Assembly (NCBI GenBank): GCA_045612745.1
Contig: JAZKZQ010000062.1
Coordinates: 623-64,622, forward strand
Source of the DNA: Cellulosilyticum sp.
GTDB taxonomy: Bacteria; Bacillota; Clostridia; Lachnospirales; Cellulosilyticaceae
Reading direction: 5' to 3'
Length of the DNA: 64,000 bases
Shown: piece after piece, positions 1 through 10,900 of the stretch
Layout: the number at the start of each line of letters is the position of its first letter
Numbering within the stretch: position 1 is the first letter of the stretch
Translations under genes and position numbers: made by a program
The notes under the pieces: generated by a model
What the model was told of the DNA's origin: nothing
Database searches by the model: none
The model's input: the letters and a program-made list of their open reading frames with translations, nothing else

Positions 1-268
1 TTGCTTTTTGAATAAAATATTTAAGCATGGCTTCTGTTGCATCATAATCCGAAATAACCCCCTGTCTTAAAGGTCTAATTGTTCTAATATTCGCTGGTGT
101 TCTCCCTATCATTGCTCTAGCCTCTTCACCTACAGCGATTACTTCATTCGTTCTCTCTTTAACTGCTACTACTGATGGCTCACGTAGTACAATGCCTTTT
201 CCTTTTACATATACAAGTACATATGCTGTACCTAAATCTATTCCTATATCAGCACCCATTCCAAACAT
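1..268 (-). CDS. mbl: MreB/Mbl rod-shape-determining actin-like protein, 5' part (runs off the window)
   Basis: Not in the ORF track; hand translation from ATG at 268 gives [36 protein letters not shown]...[23 protein letters not shown], the MreB signature; AGGAG RBS upstream; position after spoIIID is the usual mbl locus. Confidence 0.9.
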   Translation of the reverse strand, partial: MFGMGADIGIDLGTAYVLVYVKGKGIVLREPSVVAVKERTNEVIAVGEEARAMIGRTPANIRTIRPLRQGVISDYDATEAMLKYFIQKA

Positions 269-438
269 AAAATTTCTCCTTCATTTATCATAATTCCACA
301 TATCTACTTATTTTCATATGTAGATGCTTGCTGTAATCCCTTATGTGTGTAATCTCTTAAGTAATTATAACACTATTCCATTGCTCTTTGCATAAAAGTT
401 GCATTTATTTTTAGTGTTTCCTTTCCTAAAAATAATTA

Positions 439-475
439 TGAGGCCATTACATTTAGAATTAATGTAATGACCTCA
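439..475 (-). terminator. Intrinsic terminator-like hairpin after spoIIID
   Basis: Inverted repeat tgaggccattacatt / aatgtaatgacctca just downstream of the spoIIID stop. Confidence 0.6.
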
Positions 476-484
476 CTTTTAAAA

Positions 485-739
485 CTATTTCATAATAGTT
501 GAATACTTTTCTTTAGTTGCCAGTCCTCCTCTTAAGTGTCTTTCCGCCTTATTAAGCTCTAAAACTTTCCTAGCTTCATTAGCTAACTTTGGATTTATCT
601 TTTCAAGTCGCTCAGTTACATCTTTATGAACTGTACTCTTGCTAATTCCAAACTTCTTAGCAGTTTCTCTCACCGTAGCGTTATAAGTAATGATAAATTT
701 TGCAGCTTCTACTGCTCTCTCTTCTATATACGCTTTCAA
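485..739 (-). CDS. spoIIID: Stage III sporulation protein D, mother-cell transcription regulator
   Basis: 84 aa MKAYIEER...ATVRETAKKFGISKSTVHKDVTERL...NKAERHLRGGLATKEKY, canonical SpoIIID. Confidence 0.97.
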   Translation of the reverse strand: MKAYIEERAVEAAKFIITYNATVRETAKKFGISKSTVHKDVTERLEKINPKLANEARKVLELNKAERHLRGGLATKEKYSTIMK

Positions 740-772
740 GAAAAGGTCCCCCTTAACACGACTCTTGATTTA

Positions 773-801
773 TATGTATGCACAGCCATTCCTTCTTATT
801 A
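773..801 (-). promoter_or_regulatory. Putative sigma-E promoter of spoIIID
   Basis: Minus strand TAATAAG-N14-CATACATA matches the sigE ATA...CATAcanT pattern; spoIIID is sigE-controlled in studied spore formers. Confidence 0.6.
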
Positions 802-910
802 CTAATTCTCATTTATTTTTGTACCAAATTATATCTTGTATTTTATAATAATAATAGATCGTATCCGCTACAAATATCCCTTAGTAATGACCTTCAAGAT
901 TATACAGAAA

Positions 911-948
911 AAACAGGCTACTGACACATTTTGTATCATAGCCTGTTT
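911..948 (-). terminator. Intrinsic terminator after spoIIQ-like gene
   Basis: aaacaggcta / tagcctgttt inverted repeat with T tract on the minus strand. Confidence 0.65.
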
Positions 949-951
949 TCT

Positions 952-1857
952 TTAATTTTGAGCTAATTCTAGATAACTTGCTGGGTTCACAAGCTTATCT
1001 TCATTTCTTAGTTGTAAATAAATATTGCTACCTTCAACAATAAATGGACCTGTAGGTCTTCCCACTGTACCTAGAACATCTCCGGCTTTAACTTCTTTTC
1101 CTTTGAGAGATTCATTAGGGATACCACCTTGGAAGCCATAAATAGCTTTATATCCATTATCAAGTTGTAAGACCATAATTTTCCCTAGATTACCTACGTC
1201 TGTTATATTATCATCTTCCATAGTCGTAGAATCTAAAATAATATCTAATACTTTACCATTAGAAACAGCTTTAACCTCTGTTCCCTCTTCTGCTGATAAA
1301 CAAATACCATTTGTACGTGTTGTTGAGTTATATGATTGACTAAACCATGGTCTTGTAGTCTCATCTGTATAAGGAACAACTTCTATTCCATCTACTGGAA
1401 GTTGAAATGTAGCTGCAGCAGCTTCTTCAGCTGTTGCTGTAGTACTAGCAAATGTTTGCGTATTTAGCTCCTCTTCAGTTTGTTCAGTTACACCTTCTGC
1501 CGTCTCATTATTAGTCATATTCTCTGCTACATCCTTAGTTGTCTCATCTGAAGCTTGTGCCTCATCTTGTGCTTGATTTTCTTTCTCTGTTGTAGTAGTT
1601 TCATCACTTGTTAGTGACTCTTCCTCAGATGTATCATATTCATCTGTAGGCATTTGATCATCAACGATAATAGGTGTACTTTCGTATTCATCTGTTATCA
1701 TACCACCAGCCTGCTCATTTTTAATATTTGAGTCTGGTTGAATATTGCCTTCCTTAGGTAAGAATAATACAGCTACAAGTGCACCAACGATGACGATTCC
1801 CATTGAAATGTAAAATACATTTTTCTTTAAAAACTGTGTAATTTTATTCATTTTCAT
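952..1857 (-). CDS. spoIIQ: SpoIIQ-like protein (N-terminal TM helix, acidic linker, degenerate M23/LytM domain)
   Basis: One N-terminal TM segment, E/T-rich linker, LytM-fold motifs (EGTEVKAVSNGKV, EVKAGDVLGTVG, VNPASYL); located between spoIID and spoIIID. Confidence 0.8.
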   Translation of the reverse strand: MKMNKITQFLKKNVFYISMGIVIVGALVAVLFLPKEGNIQPDSNIKNEQAGGMITDEYESTPIIVDDQMPTDEYDTSEEESLTSDETTTTEKENQAQDEAQASDETTKDVAENMTNNETAEGVTEQTEEELNTQTFASTTATAEEAAAATFQLPVDGIEVVPYTDETTRPWFSQSYNSTTRTNGICLSAEEGTEVKAVSNGKVLDIILDSTTMEDDNITDVGNLGKIMVLQLDNGYKAIYGFQGGIPNESLKGKEVKAGDVLGTVGRPTGPFIVEGSNIYLQLRNEDKLVNPASYLELAQN

Positions 1858-1879
1858 TATTTACACCTCCGACGTTTTA

Positions 1880-1908
1880 ATTATCGCCAGAGTATTTTCT
1901 TATTATTC
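1880..1908 (-). promoter_or_regulatory. Putative sigma-F promoter of spoIIQ
   Basis: Minus strand GAATA-N15-GGCGATAAT matches the sigF pattern GYATA-N15-GGnnAnAHT. Confidence 0.6.
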
Positions 1909-1925
1909 AATTGTATCTAACTTTT

Positions 1926-2855
1926 TTAATTATTTTTCTCGTTGTTCTTATAACTTTCTATTTGTATCCCTTTATAATAATGTTCAAGGATTTCCTTATA
2001 GTTTTTTCCTTGTTTGGCTAACTCATTTGCACCATTTTGGCTAAAACCTACACCATTTCCACTGCCTACTACATCAAAGATAAGTTGATTGCCTGATAAA
2101 TAAATTTTAAAATTACTAGATTCTAATCCCACCAAGTCTTTAAAGCTTTCTCCATCTAAAATGATATTGCCAACTTGAATATTTTTAATGTAACCAGCCT
2201 TGTCCTTTTCAATAATTTGAATTTGATTCTCTAAAGTATCCTCATCAGCTATCAATTGAGGGTATTTCTTTCTAAGCGCTGTAATAACCTCTACTTTACT
2301 AATTTTAATCTGTGTATTAATAGAAGCATTTTTGTTTTGCACACTTACTAAATACGGTACCTCCACATCATATACATCTTTAGCATCCCTTGTATATTCT
2401 CCACTGGCCTTATGGTAAATAGGCTGTATAGGTTGTCCATTATATAAAATAAGTTCATCTTTTGTTTCTTCTACAGCTTCTTTATATGTTTCATATATGC
2501 TTTCGTATTCATCTTGCCATAAACTTTTCATCTCATCTTCTGTATAACCTGAGAGTTCACTCTTAGTCTGCAATCCTAGTGCACGTCTTGCCATATATGT
2601 TCTAATCACCACTGCTTGTGCCTTAATGGTTTCATACTCATATGTATAAGGCATTTCTTTTGCTAAAATAGGAATAATCAGTGATTCATCTAATAAGGTT
2701 TCCTCTTTATTTTCATTTTGACTTATTGTATCTGCTTGAATCTTTGTCAATATCTCCTGCCTATTATAGCCACTACCATATATGATTATAATAGGAATCA
2801 AAAACAAACCTGTCCCTATAAAACATAACATTTTTACTAGTTTCTGCACATCCAT
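1926..2855 (-). CDS. spoIID: Stage II sporulation protein D (SpoIID/LytB lytic transglycosylase)
   Basis: AKEMP catalytic Glu region, ETIKAQAVVIRTY, VPYLVSV, GVGFSQNGA, YKEILEHYY; synteny with spoIIQ/spoIIID. Confidence 0.9.
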   Translation of the reverse strand: MDVQKLVKMLCFIGTGLFLIPIIIIYGSGYNRQEILTKIQADTISQNENKEETLLDESLIIPILAKEMPYTYEYETIKAQAVVIRTYMARRALGLQTKSELSGYTEDEMKSLWQDEYESIYETYKEAVEETKDELILYNGQPIQPIYHKASGEYTRDAKDVYDVEVPYLVSVQNKNASINTQIKISKVEVITALRKKYPQLIADEDTLENQIQIIEKDKAGYIKNIQVGNIILDGESFKDLVGLESSNFKIYLSGNQLIFDVVGSGNGVGFSQNGANELAKQGKNYKEILEHYYKGIQIESYKNNEKNN

Positions 2856-2879
2856 CCCCTCCTATATACTCATTAATAT

Positions 2880-2907
2880 AGTATATGTAAGCCTTTAATA
2901 TATATGA
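2880..2907 (-). promoter_or_regulatory. Putative sigma-E promoter of spoIID
   Basis: Minus strand TCATATA-N13-CATATACT upstream of the GGAGG RBS. Confidence 0.65.
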
Positions 2908-2949
2908 ATGTAAACGCTAAAGTTATTCACATATTAAGTGCTAATCTAT

Positions 2950-3624
2950 TTAATACGGTGCATTATAAAATGGGAAAGCTATAATCACTTGTGTCTGCTT
3001 TGTAACCTCATTATAAGTAAATGTAATCTGTACATTTACTTTATCCCCTTGTGCCGTCCTAGTATATTCTTGAATCATAGGGGTATAACCATAATATGCT
3101 TCTGTGGTGGGATTGTAATCATCTTGATAATAGTCTACTAACTTGCTATTTAATGATTTAAGCAATTGTGCCTTATAATTTTGTTTTTCCCCTCTACATA
3201 ATTGACCACTTATATAGCCTATAAAGCTAATTGTTTCTTTAGGATTTGTATCCCATTCTTTAAAAAGGCTTATAGCCTTATTTCGCATATTATCTATACC
3301 TGCTATATCTTGTAAACCTTGTATCTGCATATTATATGTAGTTGTATTTGGGCTACGTTCTTCTCCTTTAATAGCTAACTTGTATGTGCTATGAATCATT
3401 CTTTCATAACATACCTTTTTCATTTCTGTTATCTCCTGCTGAGATAACTGTTTATTTTCAGTAATACCTTTTATATTAACATCTACCTTTTCATAAGTAA
3501 TACCCGGAACACTTACCTCCTTATAGAGCTGTGCAACTTTTTCTATGTCTATATTTTGAATGGCAAATATGTATGTATACCCTAAAATAATGCTTATCAT
3601 TATTACTAAATATCTTTGTTTCAT
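2950..3624 (-). CDS. YwmB-family (TATA-box-binding-fold) protein
   Basis: N-terminal TM, C-terminal YYGYTPMI...KVNVQITFTYNE...IIAFP typical of YwmB; upstream of spoIID; start reassigned to ATG 3624 behind GGAGG (ORF track start 3639). Confidence 0.7.
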   Translation of the reverse strand: MKQRYLVIMISIILGYTYIFAIQNIDIEKVAQLYKEVSVPGITYEKVDVNIKGITENKQLSQQEITEMKKVCYERMIHSTYKLAIKGEERSPNTTTYNMQIQGLQDIAGIDNMRNKAISLFKEWDTNPKETISFIGYISGQLCRGEKQNYKAQLLKSLNSKLVDYYQDDYNPTTEAYYGYTPMIQEYTRTAQGDKVNVQITFTYNEVTKQTQVIIAFPFYNAPY

Positions 3625-3625
3625 A

Positions 3626-3675
3626 AAAAGAACCTCCATACTCTTTAATCTATGTTTAAAGTATGGAGATTCTTT
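3626..3675 (-). terminator. Intrinsic terminator after the FN3 gene pair, overlapping the ywmB RBS
   Basis: Minus strand aaagaatctccatactttaa...ttaaagagtatggaggttcttttt hairpin followed by T tract. Confidence 0.65.
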
Positions 3676-3702
3676 TTATTTTTTATTCAATTTACATGTC
3701 AT

Positions 3703-6700
3703 TTATTCTGATACTTGTGCTACCCAATCACATAATGTACCATAGGTTACTTTTGCTTGTGGGTTAATATCTGTAATAAGACCTATTGCATAAGCTTTTC
3801 TTACTGCTTCACGATAATTTGCATTTACATTAAGGAAGCTTGCACTTGATGGTTTAATTTTATAACCATTTTTAAGTTCATATAGCTTGATAATACCTGC
3901 TATAGCTTGTTCTTCTGTAATTGGCCCACTGTTACTACTAATATAAACACCTGCTTTTTTTGCTCTATTTAGTAGCTCATTGCTTGCCTTTTGTGTTAGG
4001 TTGATACTTGATTTATTTTCAGCAATACCCATTAATAAAATAACATACGGGTCACGATATACATAATCTTTGCTATAGTATGTTGAACCTAAGCCTTGAA
4101 TATTGTATATGTTCATTAACCTACTCATTAAGTAAGTTATATTATTTGAGCTTGTAATAGCTCTTTCATACATTGCATAAAGCCCTAATTGTGATGTACG
4201 GTATGTTAAATAACTATTACTTAATGTTTCAACTGTATAATTTTCTTTTACCCAATTTGCTTGATCATAAAGATAAGTATAGGTATATAAATCTTTATAA
4301 TTGTAACCACCTAATGCATCTACTTTTAATTTAATTCTTGCATTACCATCTAACTTTTTAACTTCTGTCACACGGTTATTACCTATAAATCTAATTTGTA
4401 GTCGTTCACCTTTTACAAGCATATCTGGATAACTTCTTTGATACGTATAGATATCATATGATTTTGCTGTAGTGAGTTCAAACTGTACCTTGTCACTTGC
4501 ACTATACATCTTACTATAGTAATCAAGTGCTTTAGCTGGAATATCATACATGCCTACATTAGTTTGAATTCTAAGTTCCATGCCTTGATTAGCCAGTGTG
4601 TCTAAAACTGATTTTGCCATTTTAACACGTCTTACTTTGGCATCATATTTATTTTTATAAAGCTCTACATTTACTGTATAGTAATAATCTTTTTTAGCTT
4701 GAATTTGTGTGATGATTTTTGCACTATCCATGATTTCCCATGTCCAAATATCATCTTTATAACTTTCTACGATTGCTTCTGGATAAATAACGATATTATC
4801 ATTTTCCCCACCATCGTACTCATCATCTGATTTCTTCGTCTCAATTCTTATAGATTTAGTAAATACCGATTCCTTAATAATCTCTTTACCTGTTTCTGGA
4901 TCTTTAAAGGTAAGTACTGTTTTAACTCTTACGTAGTATGGTCTATTAGATTCTAGCTCTAAGAATTTTACCATTGTTTTATCTAGTATTTCAAAACTAC
5001 CTTCTTCACCTTTATCTTTACCACCTGTTGTAACAGTTAAAGCATCGAGAAACTCTGGATTGTCTGCAAATTCTACTACATACGAATAAGTTTTATAAGC
5101 AGCTTCTGTTTCTTCATTATCTTCTACATCTTTAAGCCATTCTACTGTAATGTAATCTTTTGTAATAGGCCTAAAATCTTGTCCAAGTTCTAAAATACTT
5201 TGGTATGCTGCTGGGCCTAAACCTCTTGGTGCATCTGGATTTTCAATTGTATCCGTTGTTTGTGTTACTGGATTACTCCAACTAGAAACTTCACTACCTT
5301 CTTTTTGTTTGGCACGAATCCATACATTATAAGTAGTTTCTGGCATTAAACCTTTAATTGTAACAATTGCTTTACCACCATCTGCTACATAATCTTTCTC
5401 ACCTGGGTCATTAGAGATTTTAAATTCCCAAGTTTGAGCTTTGTCTGGGTCTTCTAATCTGCTGTACACAATTTCATAATCAAAATCTTGATTATATGTC
5501 CACCAAACAGAAACTGATGTATCTGTCACACCATTTGGATTTAAGGTCGGTACTGTTGGCATTGCTTCTGGTGCTTCATATTCTGAAAGGGTTGTACCTA
5601 TTACATAACTTGGGAAAGTTTGTGTAAGCTTTTCACCTGTTTCTAGCACACGGTATGCTCTTATTAAAATAACATAGCGTGTATTAGGGTCTAAACCTTG
5701 TACTTTATAATCTTTCCAAGGTAAACTATCATTATGATTTACACTACCAGGTGTAATTGTATTCCATCCATCTACAGTATCACTTTCATTATCTACAATC
5801 CACTTTTCAAAAGTAATACTACTTGGTGTGCTTGTAGTCGCATTCTGATCTTTAATTTGTTTAATCACATCATCATAAAGTAATGTTTTTACTTCATATC
5901 TAATATCTTGTCCTAAAGAGACTTCTCTATCTCTATAATCCTTGTTATAGGAATCTCCTACTATTTTTTGCACTGCCTCTACATCTTTTTGTGTCTTTAA
6001 AATATGTTCAGTCAGTTCTTTATCCTCTTCACCTTGGAATTTGATTGCAGGTTGTCCTCCTGTAAATACTCTACTATTCCATAATCTTGCAAAGAAACTT
6101 TCATCTTCATCTGCATATTTTGTAGGATCATTAGCTTTAATTTCATACCATTTTTCTAACCACTCGATTGTGATACTTGTTTGATCAATACCATTTTCTT
6201 GAATTCTAAGTGGTGGTTTTGCTAAAACTGGTGGGGTGAAAATATCCCCATTTTTATCTACTGTAATAGCTACAATAGTTGGTTGTGAAATACTATATGT
6301 ACCGCTATAATCTCTCTTTGCTATAATTTTAATATAGTAAGTTTGATTTGATACAAGTGCTTTTTTCTCACCTTTACTAGTAATATAGTCTTTTAATAAT
6401 GTCTTAAAACCAATAACTGTTTTATTATCTTGTTTATAAATTAATTCCTCTTGCATATTCGCATCAAAGGATAAGTCCTTGATATTTGGTTCTAGTTCTT
6501 CATCTGCTAATGCACTTTCCTCTTCTGTTACCCAAATATCATATTTCATCTCGTATTCTATCTTACCATTTGATTTTTTAGGTGCATCCCAAACAAGTTG
6601 TACTTCAAGCGGACTTTTACTTTGTGTATGGAATGTATGAGGTTTCATTTTTTCAACACTTATATCATCCCCTGTTACTAAGTATTCTTTTTTCTCAAAG

Positions 6701-7926
6701 TTCTCTTTATCTTTTACTGAATCTGAGTATGGGCTTGGTACTTGTGGTTTAAGTGGTTGCTCTCTTAACTCATAAGGTACATATGGTACTTCTTTTGTAA
6801 ATAATGATTCATCTCCCGTTGGACCAGTAAAAATAAATTCTACATAGTATGTACTATTTTTAGTTGGTTCATCATGCTCAAACTTTCCTGGATCTCTTGG
6901 GTTAAGGGAAGTATTATTTAATGTACCTATTAAAGTATACGCTGTTTCCCCTTCTGTTTTACGATAAATCTTTGTTGTTTTTAATTTGTTATTATCAGCC
7001 CATGCACCTAGTTGCCATCTAAGTTCAATACGGTTTCTACCAATATTACTAATTTGTAAACCTACACTTCTAGAGGCTTGTGCAATTTTAGGTGTTTTTG
7101 TATTTTTACCAATATTTTCCCATTTATCTTTTAAGAAAGAATTAGAAATACTATTCACTTCTACATAGGCTGAGTATTTTTGTCCTGGTAATGTATTAGG
7201 GATAACATATTTAACTTTTTTAATGCCTCCCTCTACTACACTCTCAAGGTCATCTTCACCTAATATAAGCGTTTGTGTTCCTACACCAGTTTGATCACTA
7301 CCACCTTCGCCATCTACACCCTCTTTAGTATCTACATCTTTATCAATATACACAAGCTTATAGGTTGCACCTGGAATGTATTCCCACAGAACTTCAATTT
7401 GATCATTTCGTTCTCTCATAATGGTGTTGAAGTCTGTTAAGAAATATTTAGATGGATCTGTACTTGCATTAGAAAGTGGTGCCTCATATTCATCCCCTTC
7501 CTTATTAAGGTGTAAATGTCCTGGTCTTACAGTTACCTTATATAAGTTACCATTTTTGAAGGTATTAACATTGTTTAAATTATCTTCAATCTTTTCTACA
7601 TAGGTTTCCTTACCCAATGTTGCCTTCAGTCTATCTGATTCAATCTTTTCACCAAATATATCCTCTAATATAAAAGTATAGTATTCCGCTTCACTTGCAT
7701 TAATCTCGCCATCTTTATTGCTATCCGGGCCACTATTAGTGGCACGTTTAAATGTGATTTGTGCAGATGGCGAAATATCACCCGTTCCCGTATTAAGGGT
7801 ATGGCTTACTACAATGGGTGCAATACCATCTTGTGGTAGTCTATCTTGTACATTTCCAAGTACACTTGTACTACCTACTAACATAGCAAATGCTAGTAAT
7901 CCTGCCACTTTCTTTTTGATTTTCAT
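3703..7926 (-). CDS. Large secreted fibronectin type III repeat protein with degenerate SLH-like C terminus (1407 aa)
   Basis: Signal peptide; FN3 hallmarks (TSITIEW, GLDPNTRYVILIRA, GLMPETTYNVWIRA, LESNRPYYVRVK); C-terminal AYAIGLI...NPQAKVT resembles SLH. Confidence 0.75.
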   Translation of the reverse strand: MKIKKKVAGLLAFAMLVGSTSVLGNVQDRLPQDGIAPIVVSHTLNTGTGDISPSAQITFKRATNSGPDSNKDGEINASEAEYYTFILEDIFGEKIESDRLKATLGKETYVEKIEDNLNNVNTFKNGNLYKVTVRPGHLHLNKEGDEYEAPLSNASTDPSKYFLTDFNTIMRERNDQIEVLWEYIPGATYKLVYIDKDVDTKEGVDGEGGSDQTGVGTQTLILGEDDLESVVEGGIKKVKYVIPNTLPGQKYSAYVEVNSISNSFLKDKWENIGKNTKTPKIAQASRSVGLQISNIGRNRIELRWQLGAWADNNKLKTTKIYRKTEGETAYTLIGTLNNTSLNPRDPGKFEHDEPTKNSTYYVEFIFTGPTGDESLFTKEVPYVPYELREQPLKPQVPSPYSDSVKDKENFEKKEYLVTGDDISVEKMKPHTFHTQSKSPLEVQLVWDAPKKSNGKIEYEMKYDIWVTEEESALADEELEPNIKDLSFDANMQEELIYKQDNKTVIGFKTLLKDYITSKGEKKALVSNQTYYIKIIAKRDYSGTYSISQPTIVAITVDKNGDIFTPPVLAKPPLRIQENGIDQTSITIEWLEKWYEIKANDPTKYADEDESFFARLWNSRVFTGGQPAIKFQGEEDKELTEHILKTQKDVEAVQKIVGDSYNKDYRDREVSLGQDIRYEVKTLLYDDVIKQIKDQNATTSTPSSITFEKWIVDNESDTVDGWNTITPGSVNHNDSLPWKDYKVQGLDPNTRYVILIRAYRVLETGEKLTQTFPSYVIGTTLSEYEAPEAMPTVPTLNPNGVTDTSVSVWWTYNQDFDYEIVYSRLEDPDKAQTWEFKISNDPGEKDYVADGGKAIVTIKGLMPETTYNVWIRAKQKEGSEVSSWSNPVTQTTDTIENPDAPRGLGPAAYQSILELGQDFRPITKDYITVEWLKDVEDNEETEAAYKTYSYVVEFADNPEFLDALTVTTGGKDKGEEGSFEILDKTMVKFLELESNRPYYVRVKTVLTFKDPETGKEIIKESVFTKSIRIETKKSDDEYDGGENDNIVIYPEAIVESYKDDIWTWEIMDSAKIITQIQAKKDYYYTVNVELYKNKYDAKVRRVKMAKSVLDTLANQGMELRIQTNVGMYDIPAKALDYYSKMYSASDKVQFELTTAKSYDIYTYQRSYPDMLVKGERLQIRFIGNNRVTEVKKLDGNARIKLKVDALGGYNYKDLYTYTYLYDQANWVKENYTVETLSNSYLTYRTSQLGLYAMYERAITSSNNITYLMSRLMNIYNIQGLGSTYYSKDYVYRDPYVILLMGIAENKSSINLTQKASNELLNRAKKAGVYISSNSGPITEEQAIAGIIKLYELKNGYKIKPSSASFLNVNANYREAVRKAYAIGLITDINPQAKVTYGTLCDWVAQVSE

Positions 7927-7940
7927 TTGCTTTCCCCCTC

Positions 7941-10900
7941 TTAAATTTGTGCTTTATAGAGCATTGCAATAATCTCTTCTATGCTCATCTGTTTACTTGG
8001 TGTTACCTTTGAGTTTGGATTGTTTGCAATTTTAAGTTCAACAGCTGCATATACATACGTACGATATGGTGTCTGGAAAGCGCCTATATTTTGTACACTC
8101 TGTCTATTTTTAATCATGATACTACTTACTGAACGTTTATGTACCTTTTCATAACCTTGCATAATAAGGTAAATAGCTTCATCTTGTCTAATGGCATTGT
8201 TCATCCCAATAGCATTAATGCCTTTAATACCATTATTCTTTAAGTAAACAACATAATCTGTTCCTCTTGAAGCCCCTATTACTCTAGCTACTGCACCATA
8301 AACTTGTTGTTTTGTTGCAGCAGTTTTAACTGTATAGCTATCAATTGTAAAGAAATCTGTTAAGTTATACTTAGCAATAAAACTTTGATATGGTGCTAAG
8401 CTTGGTACTGTATTTATTAATGCCGCTTGCCCTGTTAAAATATATGTTCCCAGTTTTGCTGCTTCTATTCCAAACCCATTACCTACTGCATAACTCTCTA
8501 CTGATGTCCAATTAGTAATTAAGTAATATGCATTAACTGCATAATTATCTAATTTTGCAACAAGTAAAACTGGTTTTTGAACTTCATGAATAGATACTTC
8601 TTTCTTTGTTGTACGATCTAATATCCTTTCAACCTTTTTAATATGATCTTCTTGGATATTTTCCATAGATTCATCAATAATTTCTGCTAATACATCATCT
8701 GCAATTGTGCCATTGTAAATCTTTCTTTCTAGTTTTTTAATAACTACATCTCTTTCTGTAGCAATAAGTTGATTTAAGGCACTCATAATATCTTCTTCAA
8801 TATCAAAATCTTTATCTTTTGTATATACAAGCTCCATATCTATTGTCATTTGTGGTGAAATAGATGGTTCTCCATTAATTTTAATATTTGCATCTGTTAG
8901 TTTAAAACGAATGCCTACATAGTAGTTTTTAATATCATTTTCTGATACTAAATCAATAGCATCTTGAATTTGTTCATTTTCTTCTGTTAAGGTATATGGT
9001 CTAATATTGGCTGTATAATTACCTAATGTAATCTTAAGCGTTGTCTTCGTAGCATTTTCACTAGTAAATAAACTAGCTGGCATGTAATAATATGCATCTT
9101 TAGCATTTTTACCAACTACTAATTCATATTCACTTTCAAGACCTAATTCTGTACTAATATAACTTTCACGGTACTTATAGCTATAGTCTTCTTCTACTTC
9201 CCAATAAGGTCTTCTACGAAGTTTTTCTACTTCCATATCATACTTTTTAAGATACTCTTCATACTTGTTATCTTTTTCTGCTTCTTCTTCATCATATTCT
9301 GTCCTTGTAGTAACTTTCTCACAATATAATGATGTCGGATAAGTATTGCCATCTAAAAGTGGTTTGGTTTTATCAACCACTCTTACTTTAATATAGTAAC
9401 GTTTATTTGGTTTTAAACCTGTAATCTTATAAACAAAGTGTGTATACCCTTCTGGTGTTAATACATTACTACCTGAATTAGGTTTTAACTTGGTTGCAGG
9501 ATATTTAGTGATAGAATATTCTGCATCCATTTCTCCTTGTACAGCTATATCAAATGTATAGTCTGTAGGTACTGATGAATCGGATGGTACGGGTGCATCA
9601 AAACTGATGACTGTTTCATTTGTTGGGTCATACTTATAGTTTTTCACAAGTTCTACCTTTAAATTAGTAGGTGGCAGTACTGGTGCTGTTGTAACTGGTA
9701 CCATAATCCATTCAGATTTTACTGGTTTACCATCAATTATACATACAGTTCTTACATAGTAGTAATAAACACTATTTGGATTTAATGTATTATCTGTTAA
9801 TTGGAATTTAGTTGCTACTTGAGCTGGTGATAAATTTGTCCACTGAGGATTTTTGCTTGTGTATGTACTCATGAATGGATTACTCTCAGTTGGTGAATCC
9901 GATCTAAAACCAACACGTTTATCATCTGCTGCAACTAGTTCTTCTACTTTCTTACCTTTTTCATCATCAGTTAATTGAATTTCTGTTCGAATGAATTCAT
10001 AGTAAGTCTTTAAAGTATCCTCATCTTCTTCAAAGTTAGCTGGTGACCAACCTAATGTAGCTGTTGTATTATTTGGTTGTTCCACTACCCAGATTTTTTC
10101 TGGTGTAGGTGGTACTTTATCATTCTCACTTGGTGGAAGTGGTGTCGTTGTTGTTGTAAATGTAAACTCTTTAGAGAAAAGTGAGTAACGACTAGGGAAG
10201 TCTTTAGTTCCTACTTCTGTGATACTATTTCTCCAAGGACTTAATTTTACACGTACTTGTACATAGTATACTTCATTAGGTTCTAAACCTACTAACTCAA
10301 ACTTTTCATTACCTTCTCCTAGTAATGTATCTACTGCTAATGTAATTGGAACAACTTCACCTTCTCTTAAATTCTCAACATAACTCTTAGTACTACCTGC
10401 TTGCTTATCAGTTAAGGTAATCTTTGAGTTATCCTTATTTATCTTGATAGATTTAATATCTCCTTTTTCTACACCTGCTATAGTACTTGCTAGCTTAGTA
10501 GGTTTTTGATAAAGGTAAACTTCATACTCACCGCTGTAGCGGCCAATTGTTTTTGCTTCATCTTTATAAAGATATAAATGAGCTGGTTCTAACATTGATT
10601 TCACATAATGTCTAATATCTACATTTTTAATTGTAATCTTTTCAGCAATAACTGTTCTATCTTCATTTGTTGTATCCTCACCTGTAATTGTGTTAGGTAC
10701 TGGTACAATCTCTGTTGAATTATTTAAAGAAAGTGCTACCATGTTAGACTCTTCACTATGCACAACAGGTGTCCCATCTGTATGTGATATAAGTACTGTT
10801 CTAAGAGATAAATAATAAGTACCTGGTACTGTACGATGTTCTAATGAATCTTTCGCTGTTCCTTCTATTTTTCCTAAATAGTTTTCTGCTGTAGTATTTA

